Shown in pieces: positions 18,642 to 27,869 of a DNA stretch of 64,000 nucleotides. Made by a program: the position numbers and the translations under genes. Positions within the stretch are counted from its first letter, which is position 1; each line of letters opens with the position of its first letter. The notes below the pieces were generated by a model that worked only from the letters and a program-made list of their open reading frames with translations, did no database searches and was not told where the DNA came from. This DNA is from an uncultured Acidobacteriota bacterium (GTDB lineage: Bacteria > Acidobacteriota > Thermoanaerobaculia > Multivoradales > JAHEKO01), in the NCBI GenBank assembly GCA_963713825.1, contig CAVQNG010000025.1:32001-96000 (forward strand), written 5' to 3'.

Positions 18642-18884
18642 ATGAATTGCAGCAGGGTCAGAGAGGTCATCTTCCTCTACGCCGACAACGAGTTGGGTGA
18701 GGAGCTTCTGGTATCGGTCCAGGAGCACGTAGTTCTGTGCCCTCAGTGCGCCCGAAGAATCGAGTACACGCGTCGGCTCCTGACGGTCGTACGCCAGGGC
18801 TGCACGCGGACGAGAGCGCCGGAGCGACTCAGGAAGAGGATTCTGACCAGTCTGCGCCATCCCGAAGTGGAATGGGAAGGTTGA
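18642..18884 (+). CDS. Zinc-binding (ZAS/zf-HC2) anti-sigma factor, RsrA-like
   Basis: N-terminal Cys plus HVVLCPQC (HxxxCxxC); APERLRKRI tail; no transmembrane segment. Confidence 0.85.
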   Translation: MNCSRVREVIFLYADNELGEELLVSVQEHVVLCPQCARRIEYTRRLLTVVRQGCTRTRAPERLRKRILTSLRHPEVEWEG

Positions 18885-18906
18885 CCCTCGGTCGAGGACG
18901 ATTGTC

Positions 18907-19413
18907 ATGCAGATCTCCAAGGAAGCCATCGAGACAGTGAGTCGAGAGTCAGGGCGGTTCGTCACGGCATTGGCAATTGTCACGCTCATGCTGGGAGCTC
19001 TGGCGGCGCCACCAGCTTCTGGGCAGGGCCGCGGCTACACCCTGCAGGGGCTTTCTGGTGGTCAGCTCCAACAGGGAGACCTCGATCAAGGAGCCGTCAT
19101 CGTTGTCGTTTGGGCTTCGTGGTCACCGCGGGGCAGAGACATCGTGCCGAGAGTCGACAGCATTGCAGATCGCTGGGGCGGTCAGGCGCGGGTGATCATG
19201 GTGAATTTTCAAGAGGACGCGGCAGCCGTCGAGAGCTTTCTTCGTGGTCAGCGGACGAAGGCTCCGATCTACCTGGATCGCGATGGTGCCTTCTCCAAGA
19301 AATACTCGGTGACGCATTTGCCAGGACTCCTGATCTTCAAGGACGGAGTCACCGCATTCTCCGGCAAGTTGCCCAAAGATCCTGATTCTCTGATTGCTCA
19401 GAGCCTGGGTTGA
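18907..19413 (+). CDS. Exported TlpA/ResA-like thioredoxin-fold protein lacking CxxC
   Basis: Signal peptide; VVVWASWSPRG where WCxxC is expected; VNFQED; KYSVTHLP cis-Pro loop. Confidence 0.75.
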   Translation: MQISKEAIETVSRESGRFVTALAIVTLMLGALAAPPASGQGRGYTLQGLSGGQLQQGDLDQGAVIVVVWASWSPRGRDIVPRVDSIADRWGGQARVIMVNFQEDAAAVESFLRGQRTKAPIYLDRDGAFSKKYSVTHLPGLLIFKDGVTAFSGKLPKDPDSLIAQSLG

Positions 19414-19445
19414 GAACCAGTCTTTACAGACGAGGAAGAGTCAAC

Positions 19446-20795
19446 GTGAAGCGCAGCTGGATTCGCCTGGGCGTTCTGAGCCTGTTGGTCGCGTTGGCGG
19501 CGGGCCTGTATCTGGCGACGCGCAGCCTCGAGGCATTGCTGGCCGCGCCCCCCAAGCTCCTTCCAACCCAGGCCTATTCTCCCGAGCTCGTGGCCCATCC
19601 CCTTTGGGCGACGCGTGTAGATGGTGGGCTGGGGCGGCAGCACCTGCCGGTGGAGTTCGCATTTCGAAGGGGTGAAACGCTCAGTGAAGCTCTGGGTGCC
19701 TTGGGTTTCGAGCCGCAGGCTGCCGGGATGTTGGCAGAGGAGGTGGGGAAGCATGTCGACCTCCGCCGACTGCGCCCCGAAGATAGTTATGCGGCCATGG
19801 TGAACGCCGATTCCGGACTCGACGGATTCCGATTGACGCTGAACGGCAAGGGCCAGGTCTCTGCCTGGGAGCAGGACGGGCAATGGCGAAGCGAGTGGCA
19901 GCCGTTCGTCGAGACGACGACGGTGAAAGCGATCAAGGGCGAGCTCGATGATTTTCTGGAGACTTCCATTGGCAGGGCCGGGGGTCACCCGACCGTGGCC
20001 TATGTGATGGCCGACGTGCTGCAGTGGGATCTCGACTTCAACCGCGATCTGAAACTCGGTGATCGGTTCGAGCTCCTGTATGAAGAGGTCTACCTGGATG
20101 GCAAGTTCCATCGGGTGGGAAGTATTCTGACGCTCACCTACGAGAATGGGGGAAAGATCCTCGAGGCCTATCGATTCGGGGAAGATGGCGGGTACTACGA
20201 TTCTGAGGGCCGTCCTCTTCAGAAACTCTTCTTGCGATCACCCTTGCGCTTTTCCCGCATCACTTCCCGGTTCACGGGCCGTCGGTTCCATCCTGTTCTC
20301 AAGACCTACCGGCCCCACTACGGCGTCGACTACGGTGCCCCGACCGGAACCCCCGTGCGAGTCACGGCCAATGGGGTCGTGCGGTTTGCGGGATGGGATC
20401 GGGGAGGCGGCAAGACCGTCAAGGTGCGCCACCCCAATGGCTACCTGACCGCCTACCTGCACCTGTCGAGATTCGCCGGCGGCGTTGGTGTTGGTCGCCG
20501 GGTGTCACAAGGAGAGGTGATCGGCTACGTAGGATCGACTGGCCTGGCGACGGGACCACATCTGGACTATCGGATTCAGCGTGACGGGCGCTGGATCAAC
20601 CCGCTGACCCTGGACAACGAACCTGCCGCGCCGATCTCCGAGGAGCAGCTGCCGGACTTTCTTGCCTGGCGAGACGAGCTTCGATTGGCCCTGGAGGACG
20701 GGCGCAGCCCATTTGTGCCGGATGACTCGGCCGATGATCTTCTCGCGAGGGCCGACGATCCCGACTCATTCCATGCCTCAGCACCCGGTAAGTAG
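19446..20795 (+). CDS. M23 family peptidoglycan endopeptidase (MepM-like)
   Basis: N-terminal membrane anchor; RFHPVL, HYGVDY, YLHLS, TGPHLDY. Confidence 0.9.
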   Translation: MKRSWIRLGVLSLLVALAAGLYLATRSLEALLAAPPKLLPTQAYSPELVAHPLWATRVDGGLGRQHLPVEFAFRRGETLSEALGALGFEPQAAGMLAEEVGKHVDLRRLRPEDSYAAMVNADSGLDGFRLTLNGKGQVSAWEQDGQWRSEWQPFVETTTVKAIKGELDDFLETSIGRAGGHPTVAYVMADVLQWDLDFNRDLKLGDRFELLYEEVYLDGKFHRVGSILTLTYENGGKILEAYRFGEDGGYYDSEGRPLQKLFLRSPLRFSRITSRFTGRRFHPVLKTYRPHYGVDYGAPTGTPVRVTANGVVRFAGWDRGGGKTVKVRHPNGYLTAYLHLSRFAGGVGVGRRVSQGEVIGYVGSTGLATGPHLDYRIQRDGRWINPLTLDNEPAAPISEEQLPDFLAWRDELRLALEDGRSPFVPDDSADDLLARADDPDSFHASAPGK

Positions 20796-21780
20796 GGTCC
20801 GAGCCAGAGCCTGGTGCAGGATCGACCTGGCGGGTGGTACGCTCGATCTCTGGCCTCTCGGCCTGCTCCACCCTGGATCGCGGACCGTCAACCTGGCTAT
20901 CGACCTGCCGGTCGTGGTCGACCTCTCTCTGGCGGAAAAGAGCTATCGAGTCCGGCAGGGAGATTCGGAAGTAGTGGTCGATTCCGCCCGGGAGCTGGCC
21001 GCGACCGATCAAGGAGCCCTGGTCGGCCAGATCGCACTGGACGTCGGGCTGCCGCCTGTGACCATAGAGATCGACAGCGCCTCACCTCTAGGTGGTGGCC
21101 TGGGAGCCAGTTCGGCTCTCACCGTAGCGATCCTGTCAGCAGCTGAGGCCCTCGTGGGCGACGACCCCTCCTCGGCAACCCAGCTCGCCAGAAAGGCCAG
21201 GGACATCGAGGCGCGACTCATGAGTCTGCCAACCGGTGTTCAAGACCACTATCCTGCCCTCCTCGGAGGTGCTCTGGAAATCGAGTACCGGCCGGGTGGA
21301 GAGAGAGTTCGCAATCTCGGAGTGGATCTCGAGGCGTTCGGCGATAGCGTGGTAGTGGCCTACACGGGGCGGAGTCATTTTTCGGCTGGCAACAACTGGC
21401 GCATCGTTCGAAGACGGCTGGATGGCGACCCGGGGATCATCGAGCTCTTCGATGGCATTCGAGATACAGCGCGACAGGTCCCACAGGCCCTGGAGGAGGG
21501 CGACTGGGAATTGGCAGGCAAGCTGGTGGCGCAGGAATGGGGTTTTCGCAGCCGGCTGGCTGAAGGGATTTCGACGTCCGAAATCGAGGACTTGCTCGCT
21601 GCAGCTGAACGGGAAGGGGCCTGGGGTGGCAAGGCCTGTGGAGCGGGTGGAGGCGGCTGCCTTGTGATCCTCTGCCCCGCCGCAAGGCGTCGCAGGATCG
21701 CCGAGGTCTTGGCAGCGTCGGGAGCTCGAGTTCTGCCTGCCAGGCCGGTGGCCGGCGGTTTGGAAGTCGTCCCGTCTTGA
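20773..21780 (+). CDS. GHMP family sugar kinase (HddA-like heptose-7-phosphate kinase)
   Basis: RIDLAGGTLD, PLGGGLGASSA, GVQDHY, KACGAGGGG. Confidence 0.8.
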   Translation: MPQHPVSRVRARAWCRIDLAGGTLDLWPLGLLHPGSRTVNLAIDLPVVVDLSLAEKSYRVRQGDSEVVVDSARELAATDQGALVGQIALDVGLPPVTIEIDSASPLGGGLGASSALTVAILSAAEALVGDDPSSATQLARKARDIEARLMSLPTGVQDHYPALLGGALEIEYRPGGERVRNLGVDLEAFGDSVVVAYTGRSHFSAGNNWRIVRRRLDGDPGIIELFDGIRDTARQVPQALEEGDWELAGKLVAQEWGFRSRLAEGISTSEIEDLLAAAEREGAWGGKACGAGGGGCLVILCPAARRRRIAEVLAASGARVLPARPVAGGLEVVPS

Positions 21781-21880
21781 TTCGATTCCCGCTGGCCTGT
21801 GGAGGGGACGGCGGGGGCCACCAGCGACCTGTTTTGGGTCATCTTCTTCAGTTCGAGCCTTTACTTGTTGCTCTTCTTGC

Positions 21881-21897
21881 CTGGCCTGGAGCTTGCA
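21881..21897 (+). promoter_or_regulatory. Putative sigma54 promoter of the PEGA protein gene
   Basis: CTGGCCTGGAGCTTGCA with GG-N10-GC spacing and consensus TTGCA at -12. Confidence 0.55.
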
Positions 21898-22001
21898 ATC
21901 TGGTATCGAGAAGACACGATTCCGGACCCGCACCTCGGCGGTCGTGAGAGTCAGATAGCCCGGAAATCCCCGGTGGGCCCGGAAGCGAGAGGAGGCCGGC
22001 C

Positions 22002-23147
22002 ATGACCAAGAATCGCAGATTCCCCAAGCGACGCAGATTTCTGAGCGGCCTTGGCCTGACGGTAGGCTGGCTGCTGCTGGCCAGTAGCAGCTGGGCGATC
22101 GATGAGGAGAAGGGCCGACCTGCGGTAGCACGGCCCACGGCCGATTCTTCAGCCGCACGGCCACAGGCCAGTTCCACGCGCCCTAGCCGTAGCCCTGGCC
22201 CAAGCCAGGCTGTCTCGCCCCAACAGTCCTCGAGCTCGACACCGAGCTCCGGGTCGTCTTCGGCTGTGCAGCGACAGCCGACGGCCCGAGACACGCGAGA
22301 GAGCCCTCCCGGACAGTGGAAGCCTCCCGGCGGATCGGGTGGTGGTGGCGGCGGCGGTGGTGGGTGGGGTGGGTATCACCCATCCTGGGGTTGGGGTTGG
22401 GGACATCAGTATCCGTGGTACTGGAACCGCCATTGCTGGGGTTGGCCCTCTTGCTGGGGTTGGGGATGGGGGTACTGGGGCCCGTACTGGCACGCTCCCC
22501 TGCCGGCCTATCCTGTTGTCTCCCGAACTCCCTACAGCCCGCGATCGACCAGTACCGAGCTCGGAGCTCTGAATCTGGTCATCAAGCCGAAGAAGGCGGA
22601 CGTCTACGTCGATGGCCGATTCGTCGGCCGAGCGAAAGACTTCGACGGCTATCCGGGATATCTCTGGCTGGAAGAAGGGGACTATGAAATCACCCTGGTT
22701 CGGGAGGGCTATGTGACTTTCACCGATCGAATCGGGGTGCGGACGGGCAACGTGGTGGATGTCCAACTGCGCCTGCAGCCGGGCTTGTCCACGCCGCCGA
22801 AGATGCCGCAGGCGACGATTCCGGTTGCGGTACCCGAAACAGCTCAGGAGCAGTTAGCGTCTGTCCAGGAAGAGACCTCGTCTCCTGCTGTCGTGCAGGA
22901 CGTCAGAGCCACTCCGGGCCAGTTGGAGCTCGTTGTGCAGCCCCCGGATGCCTCCGTCTATCTCGATGGCCGGCTTCTCGGCTCTGGACAGGAGCTGGTC
23001 GATCTTCACGCCGGTTTGATCGTCGATCCAGGGGCTCATTCCCTGGACATGGTGCGGCCTGGATACGAGGCCCAGCGACTCGACTTCGAAGTCGAGTCCG
23101 GTCAAACCGTCAGTCTGCAGGTCACCCTGCTACGCGACGGTGGATAA
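22002..23147 (+). CDS. Exported protein with two PEGA domains and a Ser/Gly/Trp-rich low-complexity region
   Basis: Signal peptide; PKKADVYVDG..G and PPDASVYLDG..G PEGA motifs; GGAGG ribosome binding site. Confidence 0.75.
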   Translation: MTKNRRFPKRRRFLSGLGLTVGWLLLASSSWAIDEEKGRPAVARPTADSSAARPQASSTRPSRSPGPSQAVSPQQSSSSTPSSGSSSAVQRQPTARDTRESPPGQWKPPGGSGGGGGGGGGWGGYHPSWGWGWGHQYPWYWNRHCWGWPSCWGWGWGYWGPYWHAPLPAYPVVSRTPYSPRSTSTELGALNLVIKPKKADVYVDGRFVGRAKDFDGYPGYLWLEEGDYEITLVREGYVTFTDRIGVRTGNVVDVQLRLQPGLSTPPKMPQATIPVAVPETAQEQLASVQEETSSPAVVQDVRATPGQLELVVQPPDASVYLDGRLLGSGQELVDLHAGLIVDPGAHSLDMVRPGYEAQRLDFEVESGQTVSLQVTLLRDGG

Positions 23148-23181
23148 TTTGCTTCAGGGATCGAGCTGAGCGCCGAAGGGC

Positions 23182-23751
23182 TCAGGAATCGAGGTCCTCG
23201 AGAGCCCGAGTCCTCTCTTCCAACCGCAAGAGCCAGGCCTTCTTCTTCTCGCCAGCGATATAGCTGCCGGGGCCAGACTTGGTGGTCACGACTCGATGGC
23301 AGGGAACAATGATCGGCAGAGGATTGAGCAGGAGAATAGACAGCACCTGACGGTATGCGTCAGGCTTGCCCGCAGCTTCGGCGATGTGGCCGTAGGTTCG
23401 CGTCCGGCCATAAGGGACCTTGGCGGTTTGGCGCAATACCCTCCGAGCCAGCGTCGGAAGCTCGGTGGCCTTGAGGTCGTACTCCAGGTCGAGATTGCGC
23501 CGTGCTCCTGCAAAATACTCGGAAAAGCGGCCGAGAACCTCGTCCAGGAAATCAGTCCGCTCCGACCTCTTGAGATCGGCAAAATCGCGAAATCGGTTGC
23601 GTTCCCTTCCCTTCGGTGCGATCACGATCCGTGTCAACACCTGTCCGGTGAGCTCGATGCCCAGGGTGCCAATGGGGGAGGGAATCCTGATGCGCGTTGG
23701 CTCTACTGGCGGCTCTGTGAGCTCGTCCGCGGCCGAAATCGGTTCCGACAT
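23182..23751 (-). CDS. ogt: Methylated-DNA--protein-cysteine methyltransferase
   Basis: SPIG, VPYGRTRTYG, NPLPIIVPCHRV. Confidence 0.85.
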   Translation of the reverse strand: MSEPISAADELTEPPVEPTRIRIPSPIGTLGIELTGQVLTRIVIAPKGRERNRFRDFADLKRSERTDFLDEVLGRFSEYFAGARRNLDLEYDLKATELPTLARRVLRQTAKVPYGRTRTYGHIAEAAGKPDAYRQVLSILLLNPLPIIVPCHRVVTTKSGPGSYIAGEKKKAWLLRLEERTRALEDLDS

Positions 23752-23806
23752 CCGGAAAAGCGTATCACGGCCCGATCTTGTCTCAACACGGATCGTGTGG
23801 CCAGAT

Positions 23807-24526
23807 TCAGGGTGTCGCCGGGCCAGGGGCGATGCGAATCGCCAGCTCGCTCCAACGGGCCGTAGCCAGCTCACCGCCCAGATCCGCATCCCCCAGATAG
23901 GAGCGGTCGGGAATGCGCCGACAGGGGACTTGCACAGTTGTGGAACCGGCCAAGGGAAACGGGCTCAATTGCAGCGTTGACTCGATGACGAAGGCACGAA
24001 CGAGACTGGTGTCGAGAGGCTCTTCCCAACGGTCGCAGGCCGCCAGCGAGAGGAGGTCAACCGTCTGAAGAAATCGGTAGTCTTGTTCGAGTTCCAGTGG
24101 GTCGGTAGCGGCCCTGTCGAACCAATCTTGCTGGCTCTCCTCGAGGGACGACTGGTACTCGTGCCAACCGTCGGGCACTGCGGCGCCCTGGCGGTACAGA
24201 GACTGAGCGTGATGAGCGATCAGAAGGGCGACATAGGGGCGCTCTCGGGAGAATCGACCAATGCCACGATGCCAGATCTCCAGACGTTCCGCAGAGGGAA
24301 AGGAACTGAAATCGTACGGCCGTTGTCTGATCGCGTCGTAGCGGGGTGCCGCATCGGCCTCACGCCATCCATTGTCGTGCTCGCGCGCAGCGAACAAGAG
24401 GTCCTCCCGGCGCGGGTGATCCAGCAGCCCATCCTTCATCCAGAGCGACAGCAGGGTCCCTGAAAGACGAGCGTGGTCGGGCTGTGTGATGATCCGGAAC
24501 TCGGGGGGGTCGTGGACAACGATCAT
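23807..24526 (-). CDS. DUF3891-family protein
   Basis: IITQPDHARLSG, EHDNGW, D.LSL..C pattern recalled as DUF3891. Confidence 0.6.
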   Translation of the reverse strand: MIVVHDPPEFRIITQPDHARLSGTLLSLWMKDGLLDHPRREDLLFAAREHDNGWREADAAPRYDAIRQRPYDFSSFPSAERLEIWHRGIGRFSRERPYVALLIAHHAQSLYRQGAAVPDGWHEYQSSLEESQQDWFDRAATDPLELEQDYRFLQTVDLLSLAACDRWEEPLDTSLVRAFVIESTLQLSPFPLAGSTTVQVPCRRIPDRSYLGDADLGGELATARWSELAIRIAPGPATP

Positions 24527-24605
24527 ATTGTTGCCAAGACTAGCCGAGGAACGTGCCGTAGTAACATCCCCTTGAGAAGAATCGAGGCTATTGCGGGAGA
24601 AAAGC

Positions 24606-26012
24606 ATGCCGTTTGATCTACCAGAGCCATGGCGAGTCAAAGTCGTCGAACCGATCTCTCTGCCCAGTGAGAAGGAGCGGGAGCAACGGTTGCGAAAGGC
24701 GGGCTTCAATTTGTTCGACGTGCCGGCGGCAGCCGTCTTCATCGATCTGTTGACAGATTCGGGCACCTCGGCGATGTCGGACAACCAGTGGGCCGGCTTG
24801 ATGCTGGGAGACGAGTCCTATGCTGGTGCGAGGAACTACTACCGTTTCAAGGAGGCGGTGACGGAGATCTTCGGGTTCTCATACTTCGTGCCGGTACACC
24901 AGGGCAGGGTGGCGGAGAATCTACTGTTCTCTACGCTCGTTCAGCCAGACATGATCGTGCCCAACAACAACCACTTCGACACGACGCGTGCCAACATCGA
25001 GATTCATCGCGGTCTGGCGGTCGATCTGGTGATCCAGGAAGGCAGAGACCCGGCAGCCTTGCACCCCTTCAAGGGCAATATCGATCTCGAGAGAGTCCGC
25101 CGACTCTTCGAGGAAACGCCGCGCGCCCGAATTCCGCTGGCCATGCTGACTCTGACCAACAACTCCGGCGGCGGTCAACCGGTCTCCCTGGCCAATATCC
25201 GAGCCTACTCCGAGCTCTGTCGTGAGTTTGGCATTCCGTTCTATATCGATGCTTGCCGGTTCGCTGAGAACGCCTTCTTCATTCAACAGCGCGAAGAGGG
25301 ACAACAGGGAAGGAGTATTCCAGAGATCGTGCGGGAGATCTTCGACCTGGCAGATGGGTGCACGATGAGCGCCAAGAAGGACGGCCTGGCCAACATGGGC
25401 GGCTTTCTTGCCAGCCGAGACCACGAACTGATCGAGACCATCAAGCAGAGGCTCATCCTCATCGAAGGCTTCCCCACCTACGGCGGGTTGGCTGGAAGGG
25501 ACCTGGAAGCCGTAGCGCGCGGGCTGTGGGAGGTCATGGACCCCGAGTACCTGCGTTTTCGGGTTTCACAGGTCGGAGCCTTTGGCGACCGGATGGCGAA
25601 CCTGGGAGTCCCGATCATCCAACCGGTCGGCGGTCACGCCGTCTATATCGACGCGCGATCCTTTCTGCCTCACATACCGCAGTCGGAGTTCCCCGCTCAG
25701 GCACTGGTGGTGGCTCTCTATCGTGGCGGCGCAGTCCGAGGTGTAGAGGTAGGTAGTGTCATGTTCGGACGCAAGGATCCAGAGACCGGACAGGAGATCT
25801 ATCCCGAGCTCGATCTTGTTCGCCTGGCGGTACCGAGAAGGGTCTATACCAATACCCATCTGCGCTACGTCTGCGATGTCCTGGAGGAGATTCGGAACAA
25901 CCTGGAGCGTGTCAAGGGGCTGAAGATGGTCTACGAGGCTCCGGTTTTGCGCCATTTCACGGCTCGCTTCGAGGAGATCGAGGTGAGCTCCGCCGTCGGA
26001 GCGCAGAGCTGA
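24606..26012 (+). CDS. tnaA: Tryptophanase (PLP-dependent beta-eliminating lyase)
   Basis: IDLLTDSGT, HQGRVAE, MSAKKDG (PLP lysine), EGFPTYGGL, RLAVPRRVY, LRHFTARF; tyrosine phenol-lyase not fully excluded. Confidence 0.85.
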   Translation: MPFDLPEPWRVKVVEPISLPSEKEREQRLRKAGFNLFDVPAAAVFIDLLTDSGTSAMSDNQWAGLMLGDESYAGARNYYRFKEAVTEIFGFSYFVPVHQGRVAENLLFSTLVQPDMIVPNNNHFDTTRANIEIHRGLAVDLVIQEGRDPAALHPFKGNIDLERVRRLFEETPRARIPLAMLTLTNNSGGGQPVSLANIRAYSELCREFGIPFYIDACRFAENAFFIQQREEGQQGRSIPEIVREIFDLADGCTMSAKKDGLANMGGFLASRDHELIETIKQRLILIEGFPTYGGLAGRDLEAVARGLWEVMDPEYLRFRVSQVGAFGDRMANLGVPIIQPVGGHAVYIDARSFLPHIPQSEFPAQALVVALYRGGAVRGVEVGSVMFGRKDPETGQEIYPELDLVRLAVPRRVYTNTHLRYVCDVLEEIRNNLERVKGLKMVYEAPVLRHFTARFEEIEVSSAVGAQS

Positions 26013-26064
26013 GCAAGGAGGGCAAGAGGATGAAGATCGTTCTGCCCTGAAGTCGTGGGCGAAC

Positions 26065-27141
26065 TTAGGGCTTATTGTCAGATTTTTGTTTCTCCTCGGC
26101 CCACCGTTTCTGCCAGTAGACCTTCTGCCACTGATTGACGTTTCGATTGTGCTCGGCGAGAGTCGAGGCGAAGACATGTGAGCCGTCGTTGCGGCTGACG
26201 AAGTAGAGGTAGGGAACCTCGGCCGGCTGCGCGGCCGCTCGTAGGCTCGCGAGCCCCGGCGATGCGATCGGGCCGGGAGGAAGTCCGGGATAGAGGTAGG
26301 TGTTGTAGGGTGAATCGAGCTTCAGATCAGGTCGCCGGATGTTCCCGTCCCAACGCCCTTCCTGCTTGAGGGCGTAGATGACCGTCGGGTCCGCGTAGAG
26401 AGCGATACCCCTCTCCAGTCGGTTGAAGTAGACCCCAGCGATGACGGGCCGCTCGTCATCCAGGCGGGCCTCCTTTTCCACCACCGAGGCCAGAATGACG
26501 ATCTGTCTGGGAGTGCGCTCATCGTCTGGAGCCAGATGCGGCCGGACCTCGTCGGTGAAAAGCCGACGAAACGTACTCACCAGGGTCGTTACGATCTCGT
26601 CTTCCAAGGTGCCCTTGGCGAAGGAATAGGTGTTCGGGAAGAGGTACCCTTCGAGGTTCGAAGCCTCTGGGTCGAGATCCGAGATCCTGTCCGGAGAGAG
26701 CATCTCATCCAGCAGAACCGCCTGGTCGCCGAAACCCTGATCCGCGAGATGTGCGGCAGTCTCCTCCATGGTCAGGCCTTCGACGATGGTGACCGGGTAG
26801 GTCACCACATCGCCTCTGACGAGCTTGTCGAGGACCTCGGGTGCGGTGGCAGCCGCATCGAATCGATACTCGCCCGCCCTGAGGGGTGGATCACCGAGGA
26901 CTCGAACCAGGTACAGCCGGGTGAGCAGCGCGTTGTCGAGGACTCCTTTCGCCTCGAGATCGTGCAAAATCGACCCGGCGTCCTGGCCCGGCAGGACCTC
27001 GTGCAGAAGATCATGCCCTGCATACCCCTTGTAGGATTGGTGGAGGGTCCTCCAGGCCCACCAACCGAGGCCACTGCCAGCCGTCAAGGCCAGAGCTAGA
27101 AAGATGGCGAGCGCCGCCCACTGCCAGGCTCGCCTAGTCAT
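26065..27141 (-). CDS. mltG: Endolytic transglycosylase MltG
   Basis: LEGYLFPNTY, LASVVEKE, SPYNTY..GLPPGPI, YLYFVS. Confidence 0.93.
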   Translation of the reverse strand: MTRRAWQWAALAIFLALALTAGSGLGWWAWRTLHQSYKGYAGHDLLHEVLPGQDAGSILHDLEAKGVLDNALLTRLYLVRVLGDPPLRAGEYRFDAAATAPEVLDKLVRGDVVTYPVTIVEGLTMEETAAHLADQGFGDQAVLLDEMLSPDRISDLDPEASNLEGYLFPNTYSFAKGTLEDEIVTTLVSTFRRLFTDEVRPHLAPDDERTPRQIVILASVVEKEARLDDERPVIAGVYFNRLERGIALYADPTVIYALKQEGRWDGNIRRPDLKLDSPYNTYLYPGLPPGPIASPGLASLRAAAQPAEVPYLYFVSRNDGSHVFASTLAEHNRNVNQWQKVYWQKRWAEEKQKSDNKP

Positions 27142-27562
27142 CAGGCCTCGAAGAAGACTCGTCCAAGTGCTGCTGAAGAAGAATCTGTGCCGCCGTCGCG
27201 TCCACCTTCTCGGGATGACGACGAGGGTCGATGCCTGCTTCCCGAAGTCTCTCTTCCGCCTCCACCGAGGTCAGCGTTTCATCGGTCATCTCGACGGGGA
27301 GGCCGGATTCCGTGGCGAGTTTGCGTGCGAAGCTGGAAACCCGAGCTGCTGCGGGTCCGCGACTGCCGTCGAGGTTCAATGGTTCGCCCATCACGAAGAG
27401 CCCGATCTCTAGTTGGAGGGCGGCTTCGATGATCTGACGGATCGCTTGGGAATCACTGGTCCGCCTGACGGTCGCTAGCGCTACCGCGAGTCGTCCCTCC
27501 GGATCGGAGACGGCCAGGCCGATTCTCTTTTCTCCAAAATCGATACCCAGGATGCGTTGCAT
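27134..27562 (-). CDS. yqgF: YqgF/RuvX nuclease
   Basis: ILGIDFGEKRIGLAVSD, DETLTS, VDATAAQILLQ; conserved synteny with mltG. Confidence 0.9.
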   Translation of the reverse strand: MQRILGIDFGEKRIGLAVSDPEGRLAVALATVRRTSDSQAIRQIIEAALQLEIGLFVMGEPLNLDGSRGPAAARVSSFARKLATESGLPVEMTDETLTSVEAEERLREAGIDPRRHPEKVDATAAQILLQQHLDESSSRPDD

Positions 27563-27869
27563 GGCGTCTTCGTGGCCTCTCGTTGGAGGTGCTTCGAGAG
27601 ACGATACCACCCGCCATGAACGTCCGACCATGAACTTGCGGCATGGCCTTGAAAAGCGGTTCGATTGGAGACTTTCGAGAGGCTCGAAAAGGCCTCCGAA
27701 ACGTCCTGCGAAGCCGTCGGAAGTGAGCCGAGGCTGTGCTAGCATGAGGGTTATCGAAGACCGGGTGCCACGAGGCGGGATCAGTCTGACGAATCCTCCA
27801 GGACGCTCGGATCGGTCCCTGAGGTGTCAACCCGGATCACGAAAAAACCCAACAACGAGCGAGGTGCTC

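Noticed and set aside
19122-19133. Possible selenocysteine readthrough in the TlpA active site
   Set aside because: The codon is TCA (Ser), not TGA, and the ORF is open
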